DNA of 51,471 nt from Candidatus Thermofontivivens primus (lineage in GTDB: Bacteria; Sysuimicrobiota; Sysuimicrobiia; Sysuimicrobiales; Thermofontiviventaceae), in assembly GCA_031458695.1 (NCBI GenBank), contig JAVKJW010000016.1, positions 1 to 51,471 on the forward strand, given 5' to 3'. This document shows positions 9,243 through 19,300 of this stretch, one piece after another (the first letter of the stretch is position 1; each line of letters opens with the position of its first letter). The position numbers and the translations under genes were made by a program. Under the pieces are notes generated by a model. The model was not told where the DNA came from, ran no database searches, and was given only the letters and a program-made list of their open reading frames with translations.

Positions 9243-9887
9243 TTACCGCACGACCCCGATACGATGCGGGGGCCAGTAGATGAGGAAGGCCTTCCCCACG
9301 ACGTTCTCTACCGGTACAAACCCGAAGTAGCGGCTGTCCTCGCTGTTGCACCGGTTATCGCCGAGGACGAACAGTTTGTTGGCAGGGACGGTCACAGGAC
9401 CGTAATTGGATGTGCACGCGCGGTCGCTCTCTGGAAGCACCGTAGGATACTGCTCTGGGATTGCCCTTCCATTGATCAACACAACCCCGTCCTTGAGCTC
9501 AACCTTCTCCCCTGGCAAAGCCACAACTCGTTTCACGAAATCTTTCCCCGGGTTCAACGGGTAGCGGAAGACAATGACATCCCCCCGCCGGATCGGGGTA
9601 AACCGATAGATAAACTTGCTCACAAGGATCCGGTCTCCGATCTGCAGAGTGGGCTCCATGGAACCGGAGGGGATGAAGAACGCCTGGACCACAAAGGTGA
9701 TGATCACCAAGCTCAACAGGGCGGCAAAGATCCCGGCATCTAAGGTCTCTACGATCGAGGCTCTCCAGGTGGGAGGGATCCGGTACGCGTGCCGCAACGC
9801 CATGCGTGCCGCAAAGAGGACGGCAGTAAGGATCAGGATGAACGAGGGAATTCCTAATGGGAGCCTCCCGACGAGTTCTCCTACCAT
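9243..9887 (-). CDS. lepB: Signal peptidase I
   Basis: IPSGSMEPTL (catalytic Ser), DFVKRV (catalytic Lys), LGDNR.NS.DSRYFG. Confidence 0.95.
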   Translation of the reverse strand: MVGELVGRLPLGIPSFILILTAVLFAARMALRHAYRIPPTWRASIVETLDAGIFAALLSLVIITFVVQAFFIPSGSMEPTLQIGDRILVSKFIYRFTPIRRGDVIVFRYPLNPGKDFVKRVVALPGEKVELKDGVVLINGRAIPEQYPTVLPESDRACTSNYGPVTVPANKLFVLGDNRCNSEDSRYFGFVPVENVVGKAFLIYWPPHRIGVVR

Positions 9888-9892
9888 ATGGA

Positions 9893-10231
9893 CTATCGCT
9901 TCTCCTTGACCCGGGTAGCTTCCTTGCCGACGCGCTCCCTGAGATAGTAGAGCCTGGCCCTGCGAACTTTCCCCCTCCTCAGTACCTCGATCCGCTCAAT
10001 CCGAGGTGAGTGCAAGGGGAAGGTTCGCTCAACACCAACACCGTGGGCGATGCGGCGGACGGTGAATGTGGACTGGATCCCCGATCCTCGGCGGCGGATG
10101 ACAACGCCATCGAAGGCCTGGATGCGCTCTCGGCCGCCTTCGATGACTTTGAAGTAGACTCGCACGCTATCTCCCGGTCTGAACTCAGGGAGGTCTGTCC
10201 TAAGCTGTTCTGCCACAATTGTCTGATCCAT
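9893..10231 (-). CDS. rplS: 50S ribosomal protein L19
   Basis: [43 protein letters not shown]. Confidence 0.98.
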   Translation of the reverse strand: MDQTIVAEQLRTDLPEFRPGDSVRVYFKVIEGGRERIQAFDGVVIRRRGSGIQSTFTVRRIAHGVGVERTFPLHSPRIERIEVLRRGKVRRARLYYLRERVGKEATRVKEKR

Positions 10232-10416
10232 GACAGGATCTCCTTCAGAGTAGCCCCAGCGAAATCTTTTGACAAGATTTCACGAGAGACCCTATTTTGC
10301 CCCCCACAAATATTCCCCATTTGTGGGGACCCCGTGGGAGGGGTCCTCCCAGCAAAAGTCTAGGAACCTAGTGACGGAGTATGCAATCCCGTAAAAATCC
10401 CTTCGCACGGCTGTAC

Positions 10417-10445
10417 ATTATAACATAGGCCATTCTCCCCAGCAA
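10417..10445 (-). promoter_or_regulatory. Sigma70-type promoter for rplS
   Basis: TTGCTG-N17-TATAAT with a TG extension, giving a leader of about 180 nt. Confidence 0.6.
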
Positions 10446-10466
10446 CCAGTTCTAGGAACGCGAATC

Positions 10467-11213
10467 CTATGTGTCTTCCGCGAGCTCCCGCCGGATCTCC
10501 TCAAGGAACCTGCGATCTTCTTCCGTCAGATTCGCCCTGTTCAAGAGGTCAGGACGCCTCAGGAGTGTCCGCCGCAGGGCTTCCTTCCTGCGCCAGCGGC
10601 GGATCGCCTCGTGATGTCCAGAGAGCAAGACCTCCGGGACGCGCATCCCCCGGAACTCAGGAGGGCGAGTATAGTGGGGATAGTCCAGGAGTCCCTCGCT
10701 GAATGAATCCTGGCGAACCGACTCCTCCTCCCCAACCACTCCAGGGATCAGGCGCACCACCGCATCCACGATCACCATGGCAGCGAGCTCTCCTCCAGTG
10801 AGGACGTAATCCCCGATGGAGATCTCATCTGTCGCCAGACCCAGGGCAACCCGCTCATCGACCCCCTCGTAGTGCCCACAGAGGAGAATCAGGTGGTCGC
10901 AGGAGGCAAGTTCCCGAGCGATCGCCTGGTTGAACAACCGCCCCTGGGGGGTGGTGAGGATGATACGAGGCCGCTCCGTGCGGGCCTCCCGCAGGATGGC
11001 TTCTACAGCTGCAAAGAACGGTTCGGGCTTCATGACCATCCCCGCACCGCCCCCGTAGGGATAATCATCCACGGTACGATGGCGGTCGGTAGTGAAATCG
11101 CGGAGGTTGTGGATATGGATGTCCACGATACCCGCAGCCCGGGCACGACCCAGGATGCTCAGCTCCAAGGGAGTGAATGCCTCTGGGAAGATCGTGACGA
11201 TATCGATGCGCAT
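10467..11213 (-). CDS. trmD: tRNA (guanine37-N1)-methyltransferase
   Basis: [47 protein letters not shown]. Confidence 0.98.
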   Translation of the reverse strand: MRIDIVTIFPEAFTPLELSILGRARAAGIVDIHIHNLRDFTTDRHRTVDDYPYGGGAGMVMKPEPFFAAVEAILREARTERPRIILTTPQGRLFNQAIARELASCDHLILLCGHYEGVDERVALGLATDEISIGDYVLTGGELAAMVIVDAVVRLIPGVVGEEESVRQDSFSEGLLDYPHYTRPPEFRGMRVPEVLLSGHHEAIRRWRRKEALRRTLLRRPDLLNRANLTEEDRRFLEEIRRELAEDT

Positions 11214-11237
11214 CTCTTGCCCCTCCCAGCAGGAGGT

Positions 11238-11771
11238 TTATTCCCCCTCCTCGGGCAGGAGACGGACAACCATTTGCCCTGCCTCGATGTCAATCGCCTG
11301 AACTATTCCGTGTACTGCGGGGATGAGGATTTCCCCTTTCGGAGCTCCCCGAACGACGTAGATGTCATGGGCAGGCGAGCGCATCACCTCTGTGACCCTG
11401 CCAAGCTCCTTCCCCTCCTCCGTGAACACCCGAAGTCCGATGATCTGGTGAATGTAGTAATGTCCGGGGGGAAGAGGAACAGCTTCCTCCTCTGGAACGG
11501 CAAGCCACGCTCGAGCCAAGGAGCGGACTGCCTCCGGTGCCTCCACCCCCCGAAACTTCACCAGGAGGTAGCGGCCGTGGGTCCGGACCCCTTCGATCTC
11601 CACCCCTCTGAGCGTGCCTTCCTGGACAAGGAAGGCACGTTTCAGGCCGAAGAACCTCTCAGGGAAGTCGGTTTCTGGGAGTACCTTGGCCTCCCCACGA
11701 ACACCGTGTGGTTTGAGGATCTGCCCAATCACCAGGAGGCCCTTCGGAAGCTCGCCGCCCTGGGCATGCAC
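11238..11771 (-). CDS. rimM: Ribosome maturation factor RimM
   Basis: IG.I.KPHGVRGE, TDFPERF, YYIHQIIGL, EILIPAV; canonical position. Confidence 0.95.
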   Translation of the reverse strand: MHAQGGELPKGLLVIGQILKPHGVRGEAKVLPETDFPERFFGLKRAFLVQEGTLRGVEIEGVRTHGRYLLVKFRGVEAPEAVRSLARAWLAVPEEEAVPLPPGHYYIHQIIGLRVFTEEGKELGRVTEVMRSPAHDIYVVRGAPKGEILIPAVHGIVQAIDIEAGQMVVRLLPEEGE

Positions 11772-11772
11772 C

Positions 11773-12183
11773 CTACCCCTCCCGGATCTCCATCACAATG
11801 CCATCCTTCAAGACGATCTCCGCCCGGGTAAGCTTGTGGAACAGGTTATCCCCCACTTTCACCTCCACCAAGCTCTCGACTGTACCCTGGGCGAATTCGC
11901 TGTTCAACTCTAGGGATTGAACCTCCCGCAACCGTGCTTGCAGATCTGCCCTGTAGGCTTCTTGCCTGGCTCGCTCCACCTCCAGTTGCTGGCGGAGGGC
12001 ACGCGATTGCTCAGTGATGTGACGCTCTAGGTCCAGGCGCCGGATCTGTACCTCGATCTGTCGAATCAGCTCCTCCACCCGTTTGAGTGCATCCTCCAAC
12101 TCAGCCGTATACGATCGCTTGAAGCTTTCTGTCACAATGCTTTTGATCACCACAGGACGGGTCAAGGTAATGGACGAGGTCAT
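11773..12183 (-). CDS. ylqD: YlqD family protein
   Basis: ITLTRPVVIKSIVTE.FK, coiled coil, QGTVESLVEVKVGD, EIVLKDGIV.EIR; lies between khpA and rimM. Start at ATG 12183. Confidence 0.88.
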   Translation of the reverse strand: MTSSITLTRPVVIKSIVTESFKRSYTAELEDALKRVEELIRQIEVQIRRLDLERHITEQSRALRQQLEVERARQEAYRADLQARLREVQSLELNSEFAQGTVESLVEVKVGDNLFHKLTRAEIVLKDGIVMEIREG

Positions 12184-12262
12184 TCTGCGCCTCCTCTCCG
12201 CAGGAAGTCTCCAGCACCCCACGAGAATCCCCGCGGGACGCGGGTGATGTACGACATACCTG

Positions 12263-12502
12263 TTACTGGATGATCTCCACGAGAACCCGCTTCCCGTTCT
12301 TAACGGCTGCGGCTTTCACGATGGTACGCAGGGCTTTGGCAATGCGTCCCTGTTTCCCGATGATCTTCCCAACATCCCCTGGGGCCACACGGACCTCCAG
12401 GATCACCGAGCGCTCCCCTTCCACCTGGCGAACTTCTACCTGCTCAGGATCATCCACGAGGGACTTAGCAATGTACTCCACAAGCTCCTTCATCTCCATC
12501 AT
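12263..12502 (-). CDS. khpA: KH-domain RNA-binding protein KhpA (YlqC)
   Basis: [31 protein letters not shown] (GxxG loop). Confidence 0.95.
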   Translation of the reverse strand: MMEMKELVEYIAKSLVDDPEQVEVRQVEGERSVILEVRVAPGDVGKIIGKQGRIAKALRTIVKAAAVKNGKRVLVEIIQ

Positions 12503-12514
12503 CCCCCAGCCTCC

Positions 12515-12781
12515 TTACTTCCGCGTCCTCTCCCTCCACTTGCGCAGCACCCCTGTCTTCTCCAAGAGGACACGGGCCGCCTCTGACGGCTGCGCGCCTC
12601 GGTCCAGCCATAGGAGGGCCTTCTCTTCCTCGATGTGGATGGTGGAAGGCTCTGTCCTAGGATTATAGAAACCAATGGCCTCGATGTACTTTCCTCCTCG
12701 CGGTGCTCGAGAGTCTGCCACGACAATACGGTAAAACGGCTGGTTTTTCGCACCCATGCGCATCAGACGAATCTTGACCAT
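12515..12781 (-). CDS. rpsP: 30S ribosomal protein S16
   Basis: [10 protein letters not shown]...[27 protein letters not shown]. Confidence 0.98.
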   Translation of the reverse strand: MVKIRLMRMGAKNQPFYRIVVADSRAPRGGKYIEAIGFYNPRTEPSTIHIEEEKALLWLDRGAQPSEAARVLLEKTGVLRKWRERTRK

Positions 12782-12838
12782 GCTCTCTAACCTCCCGTTC
12801 TCAATCTCCCCAGGCCATCCCTGGGGTCTGCCCTCCAT

Positions 12839-14143
12839 CTACCCCTTGCGCTCGATCCCTCCCAGTCGCCGGAGGAGCTGTCGTGCCTCCTCAAACTGCC
12901 GAAGGAGCCTGTTGACATCCTGCACGGTGACCCCGCTACCTCGGGCGATCCGCCGTCTCCGGCTCCCATCGATAATCTCCGGCTTCCTCCTCTCCAGGGG
13001 CGTCATCGAGTTGATGATCGCCTCAATACGCTTCAATTGCTTCTCATCCACAGCGATAGGCACCCCCCGGATGCGCGGTAGGCCAGGGATCATCTGCAGG
13101 AGATGCTCAAGGGGTCCCATCTTTTGGAGCTGGCGGAGTTGGACGAGGAAGTCTTCCAGGGTGAACTCCTGCCTCCGCAGCTTGCGCTCCATCTCCCTGG
13201 CGGCTTCCGCATCCATGACCTCTTGGGCCTTTTCCACCAGGGTCAAGACGTCGCCCATCCCGAGGATCCGCGAAGCCATGCGATCGGGGTGGAACGGTTC
13301 CAGCGCATCCACCTTTTCCCCCACCCCCACGAACAGGATCGGCCGGTTTGTGACAGAGACTATAGAAAGAGCCCCGCCTCCCCGTGCATCCCCATCGAGT
13401 TTCGTCAGAATGAGACCATCGATCCCCAGTCGGCGATGGAACTCCTCGGCAATGCTCACCGCGCCCTGCCCAGTCATGGCATCCACGACCAACAGGACTT
13501 CCTGAGGTTGGACCTCGTCGCGCATCCTCCGTAACTCCTCCATCAGCTCCTCATCGAGCTGGTGACGCCCGGCGCTATCCACGATGACCACGTCATGACC
13601 ACGCTGCTTCGCCTGCCGTACGGCTTGACGCACCACCTCCACGGGATCCGTCCCTTCGGTCCCCCCGAAAACGTCGACCCCGGCCTGCCTCCCAACCACC
13701 TGGAGTTGCTGAACCGCGGCTGGCCGTCGAAGATCCGCAGCCACGAGGAGTGGGAAGCGGCCCCTGCGCTTCAGGTAGAATCCGAGCTTCCCTGCTGTGG
13801 TCGTCTTCCCCGTCCCGTGAAGCCCTACGAGCAGGAACACCGTCGGAGGGGTGGGGCGGAACCGAAGCTCTCGGTGGGCTCCCCCGAGGATCCTCGTGAG
13901 TTCCTGGTGGACGAGCTTGATGACCATCTGCCCGGGCGTCAGGCTTTTCCAGATCTCCTGCCCGATGGCAGCCTCTCGCACGCGCGCGATGAACTCCCTG
14001 GCTACCCGAACGTTCACATCCGCCTCCAGGAGAGCAAGGCGCACCTCCCGAAGCGCTGCATCCACGTCCTCGGCGGTCAGGACTCCTCTCCCTGTCAGCC
14101 GCTTGAAAATCTCCCCAAGCCGTTGCTGAAGTGTGTCGAACAC
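12839..14143 (-). CDS. ffh: Signal recognition particle protein Ffh
   Basis: ALLEADV, G..GTGKTT, DSAGR, DAMTGQ, TKLDGDARGGGALS, M domain IINSMT..ER, SRRRRIARGSG. Confidence 0.98.
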   Translation of the reverse strand: MFDTLQQRLGEIFKRLTGRGVLTAEDVDAALREVRLALLEADVNVRVAREFIARVREAAIGQEIWKSLTPGQMVIKLVHQELTRILGGAHRELRFRPTPPTVFLLVGLHGTGKTTTAGKLGFYLKRRGRFPLLVAADLRRPAAVQQLQVVGRQAGVDVFGGTEGTDPVEVVRQAVRQAKQRGHDVVIVDSAGRHQLDEELMEELRRMRDEVQPQEVLLVVDAMTGQGAVSIAEEFHRRLGIDGLILTKLDGDARGGGALSIVSVTNRPILFVGVGEKVDALEPFHPDRMASRILGMGDVLTLVEKAQEVMDAEAAREMERKLRRQEFTLEDFLVQLRQLQKMGPLEHLLQMIPGLPRIRGVPIAVDEKQLKRIEAIINSMTPLERRKPEIIDGSRRRRIARGSGVTVQDVNRLLRQFEEARQLLRRLGGIERKG

Positions 14144-14204
14144 GGCAGATCGTCCTCTTCACCCGGATCTTATACCGGACCCCGCGCTGTGCCTTACGAC
14201 AAAC

Positions 14205-14819
14205 TCAAGCATGGTGTACTGCCTTGTACACGCGGAAGCCCCCTCCTCGCTCGACCTCCTCGACGTTTCCGAAGATCTCCTGAACCCGGGAAGCAAGCGT
14301 CTTCGCACCTTGACTCGTTCGGGCGACGAAGTAGAACCTCCCCCCAGGCCTGAGGTGGAGGAAAGCCTCCTGGAAGAGGCGGGAGAGGTTTGCCTTTCCC
14401 GTCCGGATGGGCGGGTTCGTTAAGATCACATCAAAGAGCAGGTCCTGCACTGGCTCGAACCCATCTCCAAGTCGGACTTCCACGTTCTTCAACCCGTTCA
14501 GGATGGCGTTTCGCCTTGCCAGATCCACAGCACGCTCATTGACATCCACAAGGTACGCCCATCCCCGCGGGGCAAGGGTAGCTGCGACGAGGCCGATCGG
14601 CCCATACCCGCACCCTAGGTCCAGGACAATATCCCCTGGATCGATCTCCATCGCCTCGATGAGGAGACGGGTTCCCCGGTCCACCCGACCGCGAGAGAAG
14701 ACACCCCGGTCGGTGAGAAACCGGAACTCTCGGCCCCGTAGGGTCGTCCGGATCTCCACGAGGTGGTGGGGGGCCACCGGATGGGAGGTGAAGTAATGGC
14801 CATGCGCCACCCTCCTCAC
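14205..14819 (-). CDS. Class I SAM-dependent methyltransferase (RsmC/YbxB-like, MTS domain)
   Basis: HYF, TDRGVFS...VDRGTRLL, LDLGCGYGPIG, DVNERA, TNPPIR.GK. An alternative GTG start lies at 14810. Confidence 0.9.
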   Translation of the reverse strand: MRRVAHGHYFTSHPVAPHHLVEIRTTLRGREFRFLTDRGVFSRGRVDRGTRLLIEAMEIDPGDIVLDLGCGYGPIGLVAATLAPRGWAYLVDVNERAVDLARRNAILNGLKNVEVRLGDGFEPVQDLLFDVILTNPPIRTGKANLSRLFQEAFLHLRPGGRFYFVARTSQGAKTLASRVQEIFGNVEEVERGGGFRVYKAVHHA

Positions 14820-15232
14820 CTCCGTAGGTTCTCCCGGATCATCCGGAGCTCTCTCAACAGCACCCTGAAGAGCCCCTTCGATCTCCCCTGACGTCGCCTC
14901 GAATCCCTTGAAGACTCCCTGAGATCCGCCATGAACTGGACGAGCAGGCGTTCCGCACGCTCGAGTCGCGTGGCAAGGTGCTCCATGCGCCGGTTGCGTC
15001 CCACTACCCCGAGGTTCCTCTCTAGCCTGCGGAGCTCCTGGATCGACCGACGGACACTGTCATACACTGCCTGCCGGGTGATCCCGTACCGCTCGGCGAT
15101 CTCCCCGAGGGAGAGATCCTGGAAGTAATAGAGCTCCAGAAGCCTCCGCTGCTTGGGGGTAAGCAGGGAACCGTACACGTCCACCAGCTGAACGATGGTA
15201 TGCCGCTCGCGGAGCGCGCGTTCCATGCGCAT
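14816..15232 (-). CDS. ylxM: YlxM family (UPF0122) SRP-associated HTH protein
   Basis: DVYGSLLT.KQ...LELYY..DLSLGEIAE..GITRQAVYD. Confidence 0.93.
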   Translation of the reverse strand: MRMERALRERHTIVQLVDVYGSLLTPKQRRLLELYYFQDLSLGEIAERYGITRQAVYDSVRRSIQELRRLERNLGVVGRNRRMEHLATRLERAERLLVQFMADLRESSRDSRRRQGRSKGLFRVLLRELRMIRENLRR

Positions 15233-15234
15233 GG

Positions 15235-15299
15235 TGTAAAGGAATTTATCTTTACAGGCTTTACAGGTAGAGTGTACTCCCCAGGGGGGATAACGTCAA
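15235..15299 (-). promoter_or_regulatory. Promoter for ylxM with downstream TGTAAAG palindrome/repeat
   Basis: TTGACG (15294-15299)-N17-TACACT (15271-15276); TGTAAAG-N8-CTTTACA at 15235-15256 plus a tandem CTTTACAGG copy at 15259-15267. Confidence 0.6.
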
Positions 15300-15388
15300 G
15301 AGCACAAATGTGCTCTTCTTGCGCAAAGAATGAGATATCTGGATACTTTGCTTGTACGCCGAAGGTTTTGCTGGGGCTATTTCCCTCT

Positions 15389-16291
15389 TTAGGGTGCAAG
15401 GAGGGCTTCCACGAATGCCTCGGGGTCGAAGGCCTCAAGATCCTCAAGGCCCTCTCCAGTCCCCACCAGTTTCACCGGGAGGCCGAGCTCATGGGAGATC
15501 GCTACCACTGCTCCCCCTTTGGCCGTCCCGTCCAGCTTCGCCAGGGCAATCCCCGTCACCCCCACCGCCTGGGTAAAGATTCGGGCTTGGACAATAGCGT
15601 TCTGTCCTGTTGTGGCGTCAAGCACCAAGAGACGCTCCACGGGCGCTCCAGGCAGCTCCCTCGTGAGGACACGGTCGATCTTTTTGAGCTCCTCGATGAG
15701 GTTTACCTTCGTGTGAAGGCGACCGGCCGTGTCCACAAGGAGGACGTCCAAGCGGCGGGCTTTTGTTGCCTGGGCGGCATCGAATACCACCGCCGCAGGG
15801 TCTCCCCCGGGCTGGTGCCGGATCACCTCGCACCCTACCCGTTTTCCCCATACCTCCAGCTGCTCAATGGCAGCTGCGCGGAAGGTGTCCGCGGCGGCAA
15901 GAAGCACGCTCTTTCCCTCGGCCTTTAAGCGATGGGCGAGTTTGGCCAATGTGGTGGTCTTCCCGGATCCATTCACGCCCAAAGCAAGGACCACTGCAGG
16001 GGGAGGATCGAGGAGCAAAGGGCTCGGGCTGCCGAGGAGCTTTCTCAGCTCCGATTTCAGGGATTCCCGAATCGCCTCAGGAGTCTTCCGATCCCCCTGG
16101 CTGCGCAGGCGCTGGAGGAGGAGTTGGGTTGTGGCCACGCCGAGGTCAGCCTCCAGGAGAAGGGCCTCGAGGTCCTCATAAAACGCCGCATCGACAGGAC
16201 GGGCAAGGAGCTCGTTTAGGCGTCCTAGGAAGGCCTGCCGGGTCCTGGCCAGGCTTGCTCGGAGACGATCTACCCACCTTCCCTCTCTCAT
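15389..16291 (-). CDS. ftsY: SRP receptor FtsY (short form, no acidic domain)
   Basis: GVNGSGKTTT, AADTFRAAAIEQL, DTAGRLHTK.NL, DATTGQNA, KLDGTAKGG. Confidence 0.98.
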   Translation of the reverse strand: MREGRWVDRLRASLARTRQAFLGRLNELLARPVDAAFYEDLEALLLEADLGVATTQLLLQRLRSQGDRKTPEAIRESLKSELRKLLGSPSPLLLDPPPAVVLALGVNGSGKTTTLAKLAHRLKAEGKSVLLAAADTFRAAAIEQLEVWGKRVGCEVIRHQPGGDPAAVVFDAAQATKARRLDVLLVDTAGRLHTKVNLIEELKKIDRVLTRELPGAPVERLLVLDATTGQNAIVQARIFTQAVGVTGIALAKLDGTAKGGAVVAISHELGLPVKLVGTGEGLEDLEAFDPEAFVEALLAP

Positions 16292-16315
16292 AGGCGATGT
16301 GCGCAGTCCCCAAAG

Positions 16316-19300
16316 TTAGGAAGGGATTTGGACCTCTGTCCCGACACCCTGTTTGTGCGTCACAAGGCGCATCGAGACCAACTTGCTCACCCCTGGTTCC
16401 TCCATCGTGACGCCGTAAAGGACATCACTCGCCTCCATTGTTCCCTTGTTATGGGTGATCACGATCACCTGGGTCTTCTCGGCCAGCTCCTTAAGCAGGG
16501 TGGTGAATTTCCCCGTGTTCACGTCATCCAGCGCAGCATCGACTTCATCAAAGACACAGAAGGGGCTCGGATGGACGCGGAGCATGGCGAAGATCAGAGC
16601 CAAAGCGACCATCACCCTCTCCCCTCCGGAGAGGCTGGAGATGGGCCTCTGCTTCTTCCCAGGGAGCTGCACCAGGACTTCAATCCCCTCCTCCTTCCGC
16701 GCCTTCCCGTTCAAACCTGTTCCCCCCTCGCTCCCGAGAAGGCTGGAGGTCATCCCTTCCTGGCCATCCCACTTCTCTGGAACTTCTGGTGAGACGAGTT
16801 CAAGGCGGGCATGCCCCCCATTGAACAGGCGTTCGAACAATGCCCCGAACTCGCGGTTCACCGCCGCAAAGGTCTCCTTGAACCGCACCCGAAGCACGGA
16901 GTCGATGTGTCCGATCAGGTCGACAAGCGCGTCCCTCGTGGCAACGAGGTCCTCGATATGCCTCCGGAGATCCCTTAGGCGAGCTTCCACCCGATCCCGC
17001 TCTTCAATCGCCCTGAGGTTGACAGGCCCAAGCGCGGCGATCAGGCCACGGAGGGATTCGATCCTCCCTAAGGCTTCGTCGCGGTCCATGGACCTGGGAA
17101 GATGTGTGGAAGCATCTTCCCATCCGGCCCCGAACTCCTCCTCAATACGGCGCTTTCTTCCCTCTAACTCGGCCTCGAGTTGGGCCTGTTTGATCTCAAG
17201 CCGGTGGAGGACCCCCTCCTGCTCTGCGACCAGCCCGTGGTATCTCTGCCACTCCTCTTCAAAAGCCGAGGTCTCTGTGGCGAGCCGCTCCCGCTCGCTC
17301 TCCCAGAATGCGAGTTGCTCCCGCACCTGCCCAAGGATTTCCTCCAAGCCACGGAGCCTCCCCCGTGTTTCCTCAAGCGCTTTCTCCAGGCTGGCCCGCT
17401 CGACCCGGAGGGCTTCCACTGCCTGCTGGAGGGCCCCAGAACGGCTCCTCAGTCTCTCCCGTTCTTCTTCCCTCTCCTGCAGCCTCGTGGTAATCCCCTC
17501 AAGACCCCCATGGACTTCAGCGAGGGAGACACGCAGCGAGAGCAAGCGTTCCTGTACGGACCTTCTTCTCTCCTCCAGGGCCCTGGCTTCAGATTGGAGT
17601 TGCTGGGCTGCACGCTCGGTTTCCTCTAATTCCTTGTCGAGCTCCAGGATCTCCCGCTCAAGACCCTGGATGCGACGCATCGCTTCCTCCATCTCCTCGG
17701 AGAGCGTCTCTCTTGTGCCCCTCGCCTCCTCAATCCCCCTGGGGAGCCTAGCTAGCTGTTCTTCGAGCAGGGCAAGTTCTTTCTGTCGCTCCAACAAAGT
17801 CTGGCGGGAGGCCTGGACCGTAGCTTCTCCTTCCTTGCCCGTTGCCTCCAGCCTGGCGAGTTCCATGGTGAGGTCCCGGCGCCTCCTCTCCACCTCGCCC
17901 AAGCGCCCTTCAACCATCGAGAGCGCCTTCCGAGTCCCTTCCACCTCCTCCCGCCTCCCCAGGATCCTTGCCTCGTGGTTCACAAACCCCAGGAACTGGA
18001 CCACTCCTTCTGCAGAAACGGCCTCACCCTCAAGGGTAACGATTCCCCCAGGGTATCCCTCCCGGTGAATCCGGAGGGCAGTCTCGAGATCCTCCACGAT
18101 GAGGACGTTTCGCAACAGCACCCGGAGGACATCCTCTACGCGGCCATCAGCAGAGAGGAAGTCCACAGCGCGGCCAATGATCCCTGGGCCGACAATGACC
18201 CCTGGGGGCTGAGGAAGAGGAGGGAGCAGGTCGAGGGGAAGGATCGAGACTCCAGCTCCCCTCTCCTTCAGCCATTCCAGGACTGTTCGTGCTTCCTCCC
18301 ACGTCCCGGTGATGAGGGTGGAGAGGCGGGTGTGAAGTGCGGCTTCAAAGGCTTTCCGCAGGTGGGGGGGGACACAGATGAGATCCCCAAGAGCTCCTAA
18401 GACCTGCGGAAACATGCCTGGTTCTTTCCGCTGTGCCAGGAGTACCTCCCGGGTCCCGGTATCATATCCAGTATATTGAGCCTGCGCTTCCTCCAAGTAC
18501 TGCAACCGGCTGAGGAGTGCCTGACGCTCCAAGGAGAGAGCCTGCTCTTGCTTGCGGAGAGCCTCCAACTCCTCTTGAGTGGTGGACGCGCGTGCCCGCA
18601 CCTGGTTGAGGGATTCCTCTGCATGAGAAAGGACCATCTGGGCAGTCTCCACTTCATTCCAGAGGGTGAGGCGGCGATGTTCGAGCTCTTTCAGCTCCTC
18701 CAGGAGCTTCCTTTCCTGCTCCTGCGCTCCCTCAACCTGGGCTTGGATCCTGCTCACCTTCGCTTGGAAGGAAGCCAGCTCATTCTGGGCTTGGGACCTT
18801 GCCCTGGCCAGCTCCACTGCATCGGTGCGGAGGGCTTCGAGCCGTTCCTCTGCCTCGGATCCCTTCCTCGCCAGCTCGGCCATTACCCGCTCTTCTTCAG
18901 CAATAGAAGCCTCCAGCGATGCCTTCTGCTGGACGTACTCCTGGGACCTCGTTCCGAGGGAGCGAAGCTCCTCTTCACACTGCACCAGCGCTTCCTCCAC
19001 CCCGTTCAACTCCTGGAGCATTTGGGCCTCCTGGGCCCTGTTAACCCGGATCTTTTCTTCTAGGAGTCGATACTCGGACTCCACCCTCCCTTGCTCCTCC
19101 AGGGTACGCACCAACTCTCTCTGCGCCTCCTCCAAGGCCCGTGTTACCGCCTCGGCCTGGGCGCGAGCTCCTGCGAGTCGGGTACTGGCGTTGTCGCGAT
19201 CCCTCCGCGTTTCTTCCAGCTTCCTCTGCACCTCCTTGATCTGACTCCCCAGACGGCGGAGGCTTCGTGACGTGCGGAGGAGATCGTCGATGAGGAGGGA

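Noticed and set aside
16446..18068. 540-aa plus-strand ORF
   Set aside because: Antisense shadow of smc; the Ser/Arg-rich composition is what the reverse of a Glu/Leu coiled coil gives.
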